64,000 bases of DNA, taken from assembly GCA_030704615.1 (NCBI GenBank), contig CM060732.1:67704001-67768000 (forward strand), read 5' to 3'. Under the pieces are notes generated by a model. It made no database searches. It saw nothing but the letters and a program-made list of their open reading frames with translations, and had not been told where the DNA came from. Every line of letters begins with the position of its first letter. The stretch's first letter is position 1. The translations under genes were made by a program, and so were the position numbers. This DNA comes from Takakia lepidozioides (taxonomy: Eukaryota > Plantae > Bryophyta). This document shows, piece by piece, positions 26,579-40,793 of the stretch.

Positions 26579-26884
26579 GACGGTTCGGTTACACGCCCCC
26601 CATCCCACCGCCACACTACCCTATTCGCCAGAGAAAATCCTGAAACCCTAAGGTTGTTTTTTCTTAACCGCACGATTCTCACTACTGCTCCACGCTTCTC
26701 CACCATCCAATTATGTAACATCGACGCCTAGTCTCTTTCCGTGGATATCATCTACGATGCTCGTTGTTTCATCCAAAAACGCAATGTCTCATCCAAACGC
26801 TGTTGGAACAATTTCTCGGCATGAATGAATCACACAGATGAATGTTGAATGTAATCTGTGATACGATTTCATTCAGCAAACCGA
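26579..26884. promoter_or_regulatory. Putative promoter of the minus-strand gene: AACCG (MYB/DUO1-type) motifs and a telo-box
   Basis: CGGTTCGGTTA at 26581-26591, TAACCG at 26665-26670, AAACCG at ~26878-26883 and AAACCCTAA at 26643-26651. Confidence 0.3.
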
Positions 26885-26993
26885 ACCCATGTACCCATAC
26901 CACATTCTCATGTAGTCCGATGTCCCACACAACAGAATTCATGTTCCCGAGCTGACACCCTACTACTCAAACTCCATAGCACATAATCCATGT

Positions 26994-27164
26994 CTTTTTA
27001 GATAAAGTGCTATTTCAAAGGAAAAATAAATCATGTGTTTCCTAGTTTTCCTTTTGTTTTTTTTCTCAGTTACTCAATGCTTTTTAGATAAAGTGCTATT
27101 TCAAAGGAAAAATAAATCATGTGTTTCCTAGTTTTCCTTTTGTTTTTTTTCATTTACTCAATGC
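26994..27164. repeat. ~86-bp near-perfect tandem duplication
   Basis: CTTTTTAGATAAAGTGCTATTTCAAAGG...TTACTCAATG occurs at 26994 and again at 27080. Confidence 0.9.
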
Positions 27165-27331
27165 TACATAAATACGAGACATGGAATCGAAACTCTCAAA
27201 GTGGAGAAGCCGTGGATTTACGCACAGATGTACACTTATTTAAGTGAAAATTACTCTTGGGTTCATGTTCTGCATCAGGTTGGACACATGGACTAAAATG
27301 AATGCAGAGCGTAAAGGGGTATATAATAGCA

Positions 27332-28081
27332 CTAGGTGGAGTTGGCCGCAGTGGTGGTGGAAGTATCGCCACCCATCGCCGCGCGCTGGGCGACGTCCAC
27401 GCTCACGCTGCGACGTCGGTGCCGCCGTCTCGATCTCCGTCGACGATGCCGCCTGATCGTCCGTCGACGACGATGATGAGAGCGACGACGACGACGACGG
27501 CGACGCTTTGGGTGCGCTTTTCTTCGTCTGCGGCGTACTCGTCGTCGCGACCTCCGACGACGACGTGTCCTTCGTCTACGACGTCTCCGCCTACCAAACA
27601 CACACAACAACCCAGCCCGTTTATCCATATATACTGGAAGCGATTTGAAAATTTGAAAATTTGAAAGTTGCTTCTGGTATGGAATTTAAAAAGCAGCCTC
27701 GTCTTGTCTGAATAAGAACTCAGAAATCGATCTGCTCTACTACCTATACTTTGAATGGAAAGTACATAAATAGGGTCCAAAAGCCTACTTCCGGCGGTGG
27801 CGAAGTGGGGTGGCACGCACTCCCTTGTGGCCTTTTCGACTCAGTTTGTAGCGACGCCCGACTTTCGTGATTATCCCCATTCGTACCATGGAACGCACTG
27901 CTGCACTGACTCTGGCTTTATAAGTAGGAGGGAGCAGGTGGCCCCAGTGCTGATGGATCTTTTTCTGAATTGCTGCAAGGCCGGATCCGTTGGGGCGCCT
28001 TAGGTTGGCCAGAGCCAGCTTCACCATTTTGTGGAACTTGGGATGCTTCTTGTGCCTGCGCCGCCGATGCCGATAAGCCAT
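27332..28081 (-). CDS. Protamine-like sperm nuclear basic protein: histone H1 winged-helix domain plus Arg-rich tail, 183 aa; join(27789..28081,27332..27590)
   Basis: Exon 1 (HPKFHKMVKLALANLRRPNGSGLAAIQKKI...VRSMVRMGIITKVGRRYKL) matches the H15 linker-histone globular domain. A 198-bp intron (AA|GTAGGC...TTTGGTAG|G) joins in frame to exon 2, where 44 of the first 61 residues are Arg. Confidence 0.88.
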
Positions 28082-28217
28082 GCTCCTTGCACCAAAAAAA
28101 CCAGCTTCGAGAGCTGTTGAGGTGGGAACTGGACAGGAAAGAGAGGGAGAGAGAAAGGGAGACAGACGGAAGTGAAACTTTGAAGGAAGAGAGGTGGAGC
28201 TGGGAGATTCAAGGAAG

Positions 28218-28221
<4 letters not shown>

Positions 28222-28257
<36 letters not shown>
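28222..28257. repeat. (GA)n microsatellite in the 5' region of the protamine-like gene
   Basis: About 17 perfect GA units, read as CT-rich on the transcribed strand. Confidence 0.9.
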
Positions 28258-28258
<1 letters not shown>

Positions 28259-28906
28259 CTGCGGGAACTAACTCAAGGGAGAGATCAGGTAGAGAGAATC
28301 GTAAGGACAAAGGATTTCCTGAAGAAGACGGAAAATGGAGACGAGCAGTGTCGAGCACACGCATTGTCATTGGATGATACCCGTTTGACGCGGATCGATC
28401 TTCCCTGGCCTCGCATCCGACTCTGCGACCTCTCCGATCGAACGTTCGAACCCGCTCGCTGCACCCTTTCCTCGGTATCCCCACGAATCTCGCTATCAAC
28501 GCTCAACAGTTGCTCTACTATCGCCATTTGTCTGCCCAATACTTTTACACGTTTACCACAACTAAATATCGATTTAAAATTTAAAATACAATCGAACATA
28601 TCTAATTAAAAACTTTAAAACAATTGAGAATTTATGTAAATTGGCGAAACTGCAGCACGGTGCTGCCCTTTGGATATTGGGGCATGACCTTCTCCAAGGG
28701 GCAGCTGCCCGCAGCCCGAAATAGTGCGACGTGTCAGCAATACCGCTATTACTAATTAGTTTAATTACCAGATTTAAACTGATAATACGATAACGACATG
28801 GATGAGCGGCTGCATCCATCCCAGGTAACAGACAATGCTAACGAATGAAAGCGTTGGTTATTAGAATCCAGGGGGGCAACGCATAAATGCTGTTGGCTGT
28901 ACAGGA

Positions 28907-28926
28907 TTTCAAATATATGACCGTTG
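28907..28926. promoter_or_regulatory. Adjacent CHR-like (TTTGAA) and MSA (AACGG core) G2/M elements upstream of CDKB
   Basis: TTTCAAA at 28907-28913 followed by TGACCGTTG at 28918-28926, about 240 bp upstream of the CDKB ATG. Confidence 0.55.
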
Positions 28927-29167
28927 TCGTGAGCCACGCTTTCCCTCCAAAGGCCAGTCTGACACTCGCGTTCTTTGTTTAAGCTCCTGCTCGTCTGATC
29001 CGTGCTTCACATTTGCTTCCTGCTGAATGCTTGGTGATGCTCATCAGGTGGAGGAATGCACTGAGGCGAGCTGTGAGATCTTGAAGGAATGTGCACCATT
29101 GCTGCTTAGGATTGAAGGAGATAGAGGGGTGAAGAAGGAGCATAGAGAATCACAAGTGAGAGAGCAG

Positions 29168-32110
<2,943 letters not shown>

Positions 32111-33570
32111 AGAAACCTTCCCACTTGAAGAGCACTGGACCCTTCCAGTTCTGCCATCGCCAATCAAGTGTTGTCATCTTACCTGCTCTGTTCAACTTTG
32201 GGACCACCTGTTTTACAAACAACTGTTTGACAGGGAGAAACTCAAGATACTTTAGAGTATTTTTGTGCCCATGACAGTCAGGGTATGGAGGAGAGAATGT
32301 ACCGAACCTGTATTTTCTTGGAAACGTCTCAGGGATATGGCTGGTGAAAAGTTGCTTATGGCAGTAGTGATTCAACCAGCTCTCGCAATCATAAAGAGAA
32401 AAGCAATATGTTTTTCCATCTTTATTGCACAGTCTAGAAAGTATAAGGTGTGCTAGGCATTTTCAGTTGCTGCTTACAACAAACTGAAGCAGTACAAGTT
32501 CTCGGTGGGTTCACACAGACAATAATATTTGTCTTTTGAGCAGAGGTTGGAAACTGTTGCTTCTCTATGTATGGGCTCTTTTCATTGGAGAGAAAAGTTC
32601 ACTGTGCACCTCATAATGTAGTTCAATAATAATCTCAATCTAGTTGTTTTCATTTCTTTTGCCAGCATGACTTCGGTGACTATATCCAGTATATCAAAGA
32701 TATATATCCAACAGCTGCTCTCTTTAGGCAGTGTTGACATTTCTGTGGTTGTACCATCTATCTGACGTGTGTCCTGGTGCTCAAGATATTTAGCGGAGAA
32801 CAACCCTCATCTAGTTGAGCTCCATAGCACTTACACTGCCCAACATTGACTGTTTTAGGATGGTAATTCAAAAAGATGTTGGTGTATCCTATCAAATTGA
32901 TCACCCTTAATGCTTCTATACATCACATCCTGTGTAAATTACATATCAAGCATTCACCATGTTTGACACCACGAAGGTCTACGCTGTCAAAGACTAGAGA
33001 CTAATTGACTGTTGGTGATGACCGTGGCAAAGATTGTTTTCTGGTATGTCCACCTGACTAAATATCCCAGACCGGACAGCAGCTCCACAAAATCCCATTA
33101 TGCATGTTGAGCAGTGGAAGCCAATTGGTAAGGGAGACCACCGGTTTCCAGTTAGCATAGATTTATCATGACCAGTCCAGTCCCCACATAATATCTAGCA
33201 ACACTTTATGCTTTGCCTTATCATGCAACGTCTAGAGATTGAGTCAGTTGCAACTCCACCCAACTCCTTCCTTGAGCCTCTTAGTTGTAGCCTTGAATAC
33301 GATGAATGCTGAAAAGAATCATGGAAAAGCTTACAACAGACATAGCAACTAAAAAGGAACAGCCTTCTTCCTCACAATCCAGGTTGAGATAGTAATGCTG
33401 AAGAAACTAATCAAATTTTAGAATACAAGAGGTCAGTGATATTGACATAATCACAATAGCTAATACTCCTAATTCTGTAGGCTACACCTTCTCCCAGATC
33501 CTTTGCGAAGTTAGTAATGTAAACATGGCCGCATACCCAATAAATATGTTAGAGATCATATCCGTGGACA

Positions 33571-36500
33571 TTATTTCTTCACAATTGTCTCATCTGGCGG
33601 CAATGCATATGGAGCAAGCTCCCCAATACTGGCATGCTCACTCTGCAGATAATGAAGAAGGACGTTAGTAAGACCATGAGAAGATAAGTGGCCACACTTT
33701 TTGGCAACACGGCAGGGGATTTTTTGAGGTGCCTTCCTTCCCAAGGACACTCTTTCCCACCCAAAAATGCTTCTGATGAACTACATATTTCCACATGTTG
33801 GATTTCAACCCATGACAACCAACAGTTGGTATTTGTCACTGAGGTCAGTTCAGCTCCCAAGAAATATGGTTAGAACCCAACAGGGAGCTGCTCATGGCAC
33901 CAAAGTGACAGTGGTTACAAAACTACAGCTACTGTATGGAACTGCCTACTGAGAGACAAAGAACGACAAAGAAACATTAGAACATCCACAAGGGGTTGGG
34001 GTGGAAAGCAACAAAGTGTACTCATAAGACGTTGTTTGCCGTAGCCTTGTGGCCATTGACCCCGCGCCCAGTTTGAGCGGGAACAAAAGGAACAGAACCT
34101 ACCTCTGTCAGGGGCTGACGTTGGTAGTAAGACTTACCTTCATATAAAGAATTAATCCAGGTTTTCCAGATATCCTCTAGAAATCCCTTCACACAAGCAT
34201 CAATCTGCTGTGTGTGATTTGCCCAAAAACTAGGCCTCAGGAGGGCCTGGGCTTTTGGCTCAGACTCGAGACTTTCAAAGTTGGTAAACAGGGGTACAGG
34301 CACAATTCCCTTCATAGATTTGAAGAGAGCGTCTCTTTGGTGAGAGAACCCCGGACAGTGTATCAGAAAATGAATACTGTCTTCAGATTGCCCACACAAC
34401 GGGCAATTGCACTCTCCCTTTCCTCTCTGCTTCTGTTTGCTGTTCAAAGGTAGGCTTCCTGCCCTGAGTTTAAATTTCAGTCTAGTGCCGAGAGTGGGTA
34501 GACCCTTGAGGTCATCCAAGATGTCCTCCCCCATGTCACTGACTAGAAAGCAACAAAGAAAGTTTATAACGAAACAAGAGGCTGGTGTACCAGTAGCTGC
34601 GAGACATTCCACTCATTTCGGAACAGCAACACCGGGCGGCCCCACTGCACACAAGTGTAACAAAAACAATAACAGAACCCAAGTCAAAATTCCAGTTTTC
34701 AATTTTGCTCAATAATGATTTAACCAACAATCTTGAGTCCCAAAAAAATGAATATGGCTTGAATGCTTGTCTTAAAATACAGCATAGAAGCTGCAAGAAA
34801 GAGATAGAGGTTTTATCGGCTCTCCATTTTCACAGGTTTAAGTCTATGACCAGAACTCCTTAGGATCAATGCTTCTGGAGGGTAACCTAAGTGACAACCG
34901 GTAGTTGGGCATCGTAATTTACTTTGTCTACAGGCAAGAGACCAGACCATGCCGACAAACGCAAATATATGCTGAAGGAAAGGATAGGAAAGGCCTTACT
35001 TGGTCCTTCACAGTAGCGCAGTTGTAGATGCGGCCCACTTTTTCCAAGACAGGCCAGCCTTCAGTGACCCACCTAGCAACACTGAAGCCAAGGGGCTCAA
35101 GTTGTGTCTCTACTCCGTACTCGCTTTGCATTCGATATTGTACAACCTGCACCATCATGTACAACAGTACTGAGTGCAATTGTACAGCATTGGCTTAATA
35201 TCTCAGATGTGAGTTCATAAGGGTCCATTTTAAGCTCTTGCATCCAAAGAACACATCAAAAAAATGACTTTCAAGGGGGTTCGAACTTCAGGGCTCTTCC
35301 AAGTTTAGATTTTGCCAATCCAACTGGAACTTAGCAAAGAGAGAAACGAAAAAAATTCTGTTAATGAGCTCCATCAAATAGGCAATCGACAATAAGCAGT
35401 AGACTAATGTTTACTACTCTGGACAGAAAACGTTAAAGTCTCAAGTTAAAGTTTGTACAAAATATATTATAAAAAGGGTAAAGGTGCTAGCATAGAAAGG
35501 ACAAGCAACACGGAGTCATACTCCATTCATTGTGGCAAAGACAGATGAGCATGAATGTTCTTCCAAATGTTGGAATTGCTGCTCAAATCCAATTGGACGC
35601 TTGATGGGCAAGATACACGGAGACTCTCATAAACAGATTCTTCAGAACTATGACTACGTCTCACAAAGATGGTCGAGAGAAGTCCAAGAACCTCAAATTG
35701 GAGCTGCCCAACGGCTGCCAAAATGGGATCGGTCCTCCCAGAATCCACAGAATAGAGCACCTGATGATCCATGCTAACAGAACATTAGCTAGTAAGAAAT
35801 TGTCAAACTCAACTCTTCACCATCAACAGTTTCTGCCTTGTCGGTCCTAGTGCTGGGGTAATTCTTGAACATGAAAACTTCATCCTGGGAGTCTTGGGAA
35901 TAGGCACACAGAGAGAACGCCCAGCGAGAAACATTGAGGGAGATACACAGTACATTCAATCATTGGGCGACAAGCAAAATCATGAAAGCTGTCAAAGGAG
36001 CAGCACTTGCAACCTTAGAGTACCTGGACAGCCCCTTCCCCGAGTAGTTCATTGGTCCCCTTCAGAAATTGCTTGTATTTGGATGGATTTGGATTGCGCA
36101 TGTAGCAAAAGAGCTCCGGTGAGAACGAAGGAATCCCTGGAAACATCCGTCGAGGTCCACAGTAGATGGTGTCCCCGATGCAGAAGGCATTCGGATTATT
36201 TAGGCCAATTACTGCAAGACCACGGGGGACAAATACAACAAAATTGAGTGCGAACAAAAAAATCACCTAATTTTGCTGAGTATCAAATACCTGCTGCTAG
36301 CAAGATCTGTTACCAAATTGCTATGCATGTCATCAAGCTTACCAAATTGTCCTATTCTTCTATCTATCACGTGCTTACCATCTCCAGCGTACCCTGTCTC
36401 CATGGTGGAGCGATCTTGTGCAAACATCTTCTGTGGCCTTGTCAATGTAAGGGTCTTGCCATTCCTAGCTAGTTGCACCTTCATGCCCTTGCTAAATCGA

Positions 36501-39500
36501 CCTGCCGCCATGTGAAAAAGGTGAGAATAGGAGACCTTCTCTGTTTAACAAGTGTCAAAAAATCTGAACTAATCAAACACGAGCTTAGCTACTGATTGTG
36601 CAAACCCACAAATCCGAATCCCCAATGTCCAAATTAATAGATACAATAGTTTCAGGGTTAACTGACCAGAGCATACGCGCACAAAGGCCACCTTATCACG
36701 GTGCTTGGGATCCATGTTTGCCTGCAGCTGCACCCACCCAAACCCAAACATAAGGCCTGTTTCACATTCAGTCATTTGCACTATCCCCCTTAACAAGCCT
36801 GCAGAGTGCATTGGCATGGCAGTGCATACCACCTCACTGCCTTCAGCAAAGAAGCATACAATTTTGAGATTGGGTGGCAGGACTTACTTTGAAGACAAAA
36901 CCAGTGAAGTGTGGATATTCAGGTTCAACTTCTCCGACATCACTTTTATGAGGGCCAGGTTGAATAGCATACTCCAGAAAGCTCTCCAGAAACAATTTCA
37001 CCTATAATCAATAAAACCCACAGACATTACCTGACTGACATTTAAACCTGACAACATGTATAGAACACCAAACTACTAGGCATGAGGGAGGAGTCCAATG
37101 AATCATTGGACGTGCAACCACAGCTCATGGGCAGGTGGCCAATTGTGTCTCCAATTTGTGACTACCTAATGCATAATCTCTTTACTGGAGGTATAAATAG
37201 CATGATCAACAGGCCAAATGACAGACAATGGCTATCGATCTGGCAGACTAAAATTTTCCTAGCCCACAGCTGCATGACAATTATGGATCCCTAATCAAAG
37301 GTTACTGCGGTTCATAGCAGTAACAGGGGACAGTCAATTCCATAGCGAAAGCGTGCAAGGGTTAAAAAAAGGAAAACATTGCTATCTTTACCACAACAAC
37401 TTCTGAAATCATCCCAACTCTTACCCCGAAATTGTTCATAGCACTGCCAAAATAGACAGGGGAAAGGTCCCCAGAGTGGATCTTGGCCATGTCCAGTGGG
37501 GGCGTCAGCTCCTCCAGAAGTTCTATCTCCTCCTGAATCTCGTGAGTGGCAGATATCAGTGTGTTAACTTGACCAAAACTGAAGCCCACAGCCCTTAGAG
37601 GACCAACAAAAAATTTAGACACTGATGTTACCCCTGATCATACAACAGTACGAACATTAGAACCTACAGAACTCTAAGACCAACCAGAATGACCACCCTA
37701 CTACTTTCTCTGCTCATACAACGGACAGCATGGTAAGGCTGACCTGCAGTTGTTGGTACAGGTCTTCAGCAATGATATGTTCAAGTGAGGGATCACCCCA
37801 TGGAAGCACCCACACTTTTGCTTCAGTACTGCCATGCTTTTCACCCTTTTCAAACAGGTGCACCTCCTGCCTTGGTCGATAGTACACACCCACAAACCTG
37901 GGAATGTAGACCAGGCATACCATGAATACAACTGGACAGTGGAACACTATCTCCCTCTGGACCTCCTTTGGGCAGGGACAATTTCTATCTTCTTTCTCTT
38001 CATCCTACGGGACCTGTTATGACCCCCATGGATGTACTATACTATTGTCTACTCCGAGATAGCAATCTCTCACAGGGTGTTCAATTACGAGGATCAGAAA
38101 TGCTTAGCAACATATCTGCATGAGGAGTCACCCTGAGACAATCCCTTAAGCAATAGTTGTTCTTGAGCTGCTTGTGGAGGGCCCCTCTCTTTCTTGTTTG
38201 AATGGGAGGAGAACTGAATGAAGCCTCTTCAGTCACATGCAAGGCTCACTCTGTTAGTTGGATCTACCTGGCTATAGAAAGTTGGCACTGCCTTCCATAG
38301 TAGCTCTGGTAAGCTCATAACTGTACAGCAGAGAGAGAAAGAAACGAATGAAATGATACTTTATAACGTCCTTGGAAAGCTCAAAGAGCTTATGGGATGG
38401 GAAGGCATGACCTCTCCCACTTCCTTAACTTTTCTGCTGCCCAGAATGGTCACCGGCATACACGGCCACAAGGCTTTGGCAACAAGTCCAATAAATTCAA
38501 AATCCAAAATGATGATATACCTGTCGCCTGATCCAATTGGCCAGTTGACAGGGTAGGTAGCCAGCCCAAATTCCTTTTCAATTTGATCCAAAAGCTCCAA
38601 GGGCTCCAGTGCAGGGCGGTCCATCTTGTTCATGAAGGTAAAAATTGGCAACTTACGCATTCTGCATACCTGGATGATTCCATACGTAAACATCACAGAT
38701 CATGAGTCCAAAGCAACCCCAGATAACAGCACCGCACACTGACGCAAACTTTGCAGTTTCTCCATGAGGGGAAGTAGCAGTGTCAGTTTCAACTTTTCCA
38801 GACCTTAGGGTTCAGCTATTGAGAATGTTGAGTTGCACTGACCTCAAAGAGCTTCCTGGTCTGCGGCTCCAAGCCCTTGCCTCCATCCACCAGCATCACT
38901 GCATTGTCTGCCGCTGCCAATGTCCTAATCAAAGGTACAGTAGTTTACAGGATCAAATAATGAGCAATTAAGAACAAATCGACAGTAACCCTTGTATAGA
39001 CATGGGTTTATGCTCACACCCAGTCTGTAGCAGGAATACTTCTCTCTGAAATAGAACCCTCGTACTCTTGAGGCCACAGTGATATTATGATGCACAAAGC
39101 CCTTTCAGGCCAACATTTAAGTGCCCAGACTGCATCTTATTGTCCAAATTATCCAACAAAAACCTGCTCTTTTGGTGAATTTGAAGCAGATACATGTTGT
39201 TGACCAAGAGATATTGCAACAAAAGCTATGATGCATTGACAATCTGCAACCATTGTACGCAGTCTGGACTCAAAAGGCTCACCGATATGTATCTTCCCCG
39301 AAATCTCGATGCCCGGGTGTATCAAGGAGGGTGATTTGATACCCTTGGCTTTCAAACACTAGTGCAGTTGATGTGATAGAGATACCTGCATCACAGACCA
39401 ACCAACCTCTTGTCAGTATGGAGAGTCGTCTGCCAAAAACTATCCCTCTCTGTCAGACAAGTATGGTAGAAACCCCACATCTGGGTCTGGGAGGGTGGAC

Positions 39501-40735
39501 ATCCTGCAGCAACTATGCACTCTCGATCGTGAGTAGCAAAAGTCTGATGGCACAGGCTCCGGGAAAGCCTGCAGCATTTGGTAGAAAACCCCATTATCTG
39601 CCTCATCATCCCTGCCCCCCAACCCCTCTCAGTATACGCTAAGAGCAAACTAAGCATTTGTCAGCTCATGAATGTGGTTCTGATCCTTCTTATGATGCCA
39701 GAAGTTGCCCCAATATAAACACATTTCGTATCTATTTCATATATCATATTTGTCTCGCCTTTTTGTAGTAAAAAGGCCATGTGAGCAAAGTCCGCTTAGC
39801 ACTCTTTCACATTTGTTATGTAAGACCGCGCCTATCTAAGACATGTTTAGATGATTACAAAGACAACTCGGCAACACCAACAAGGCAAGAAATACAGTAG
39901 TGGACATGGGGTCAAGCTGAGGAGCCATACCCCTCTGCTGTTCAAGCTCCATCCAGTCAGAGGTCGCATGACGGGCAGCTCTACGGGCCTTCACAGCCCC
40001 AGCCTCATGAATAGCTCCCCCATACAGTAGTAGCTTTTCTGTCTGGACATCACAACAAGAGGCTGCTGAGTAAATCACTTCAAAGTTACCATAACTGTGA
40101 GGATGTTCAATTGGGTAGTAAACTTGCGTAGAATATACAGCAAACCTGACTCCCGTGCACAATACCTGACTTCAAGTGCCTTACAAAATATGGTTATCCA
40201 TGCCCATCCCCATTTCTCTCACTCCGTCACTGTCTTGCTTTCTCCAGATCGATAGTCAGAGGACTAAGACCAGCAGAGTTGAATAAGCTCTCCCTATCTT
40301 TAGTGGTTCTACTGTGATGTTCTGTTGTGTCTATGGCTCCTGCGTCCTTGTAAATTTTGTTCTTTACCACTCTCTTTCCATTTTTTTCATCTTCTATCTA
40401 GATAGTGTGAGTGGCACTCTCTCTTCTGTTGCCACACTGGGGCTAGCGGCAGTGCTGCAGTTAATTTTGTGGTTGCTAGAATAATGTCTAGACCACGTTG
40501 AACAAGACATTCATTCCCTGTAATCAGATTATCTTTGGCTGTGTACTTGATCGATCTCTTCTGAATGGCAAAGAGTGAGTCATTATATCATTTTCTCTCT
40601 CATTCCCCCCACATAACAATGAATGAGTAGTCCTGTGGTTCTACGATCCTGTTTTGCCAAGTAATTCTACAGTTCTGTTCTATTGTGTGTCGCTTCAGGT
40701 TTACTAGTTATTTCTAATTTTCTAGGAATTATAAC

Positions 40736-40793
<58 letters not shown>

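Noticed and set aside
28082-28860. Search for AACCG DUO1-type motifs in the proximal protamine promoter
   Set aside because: No exact AACCG/CGGTT noticed in this interval, so direct DUO1 control is not supported by proximal sequence.
29027-29167. 47-aa N-terminal extension of CDKB in the ORF track
   Set aside because: CDKB homology starts at MENYEKLEK (29168). The upstream ATG is not supported by family conservation.
35270-35300. GGGTTCGAAC B-box-like motif suggesting a tRNA or SINE
   Set aside because: No cloverleaf or A-box context. No tRNA, rRNA or other ncRNA gene could be supported anywhere in the window.
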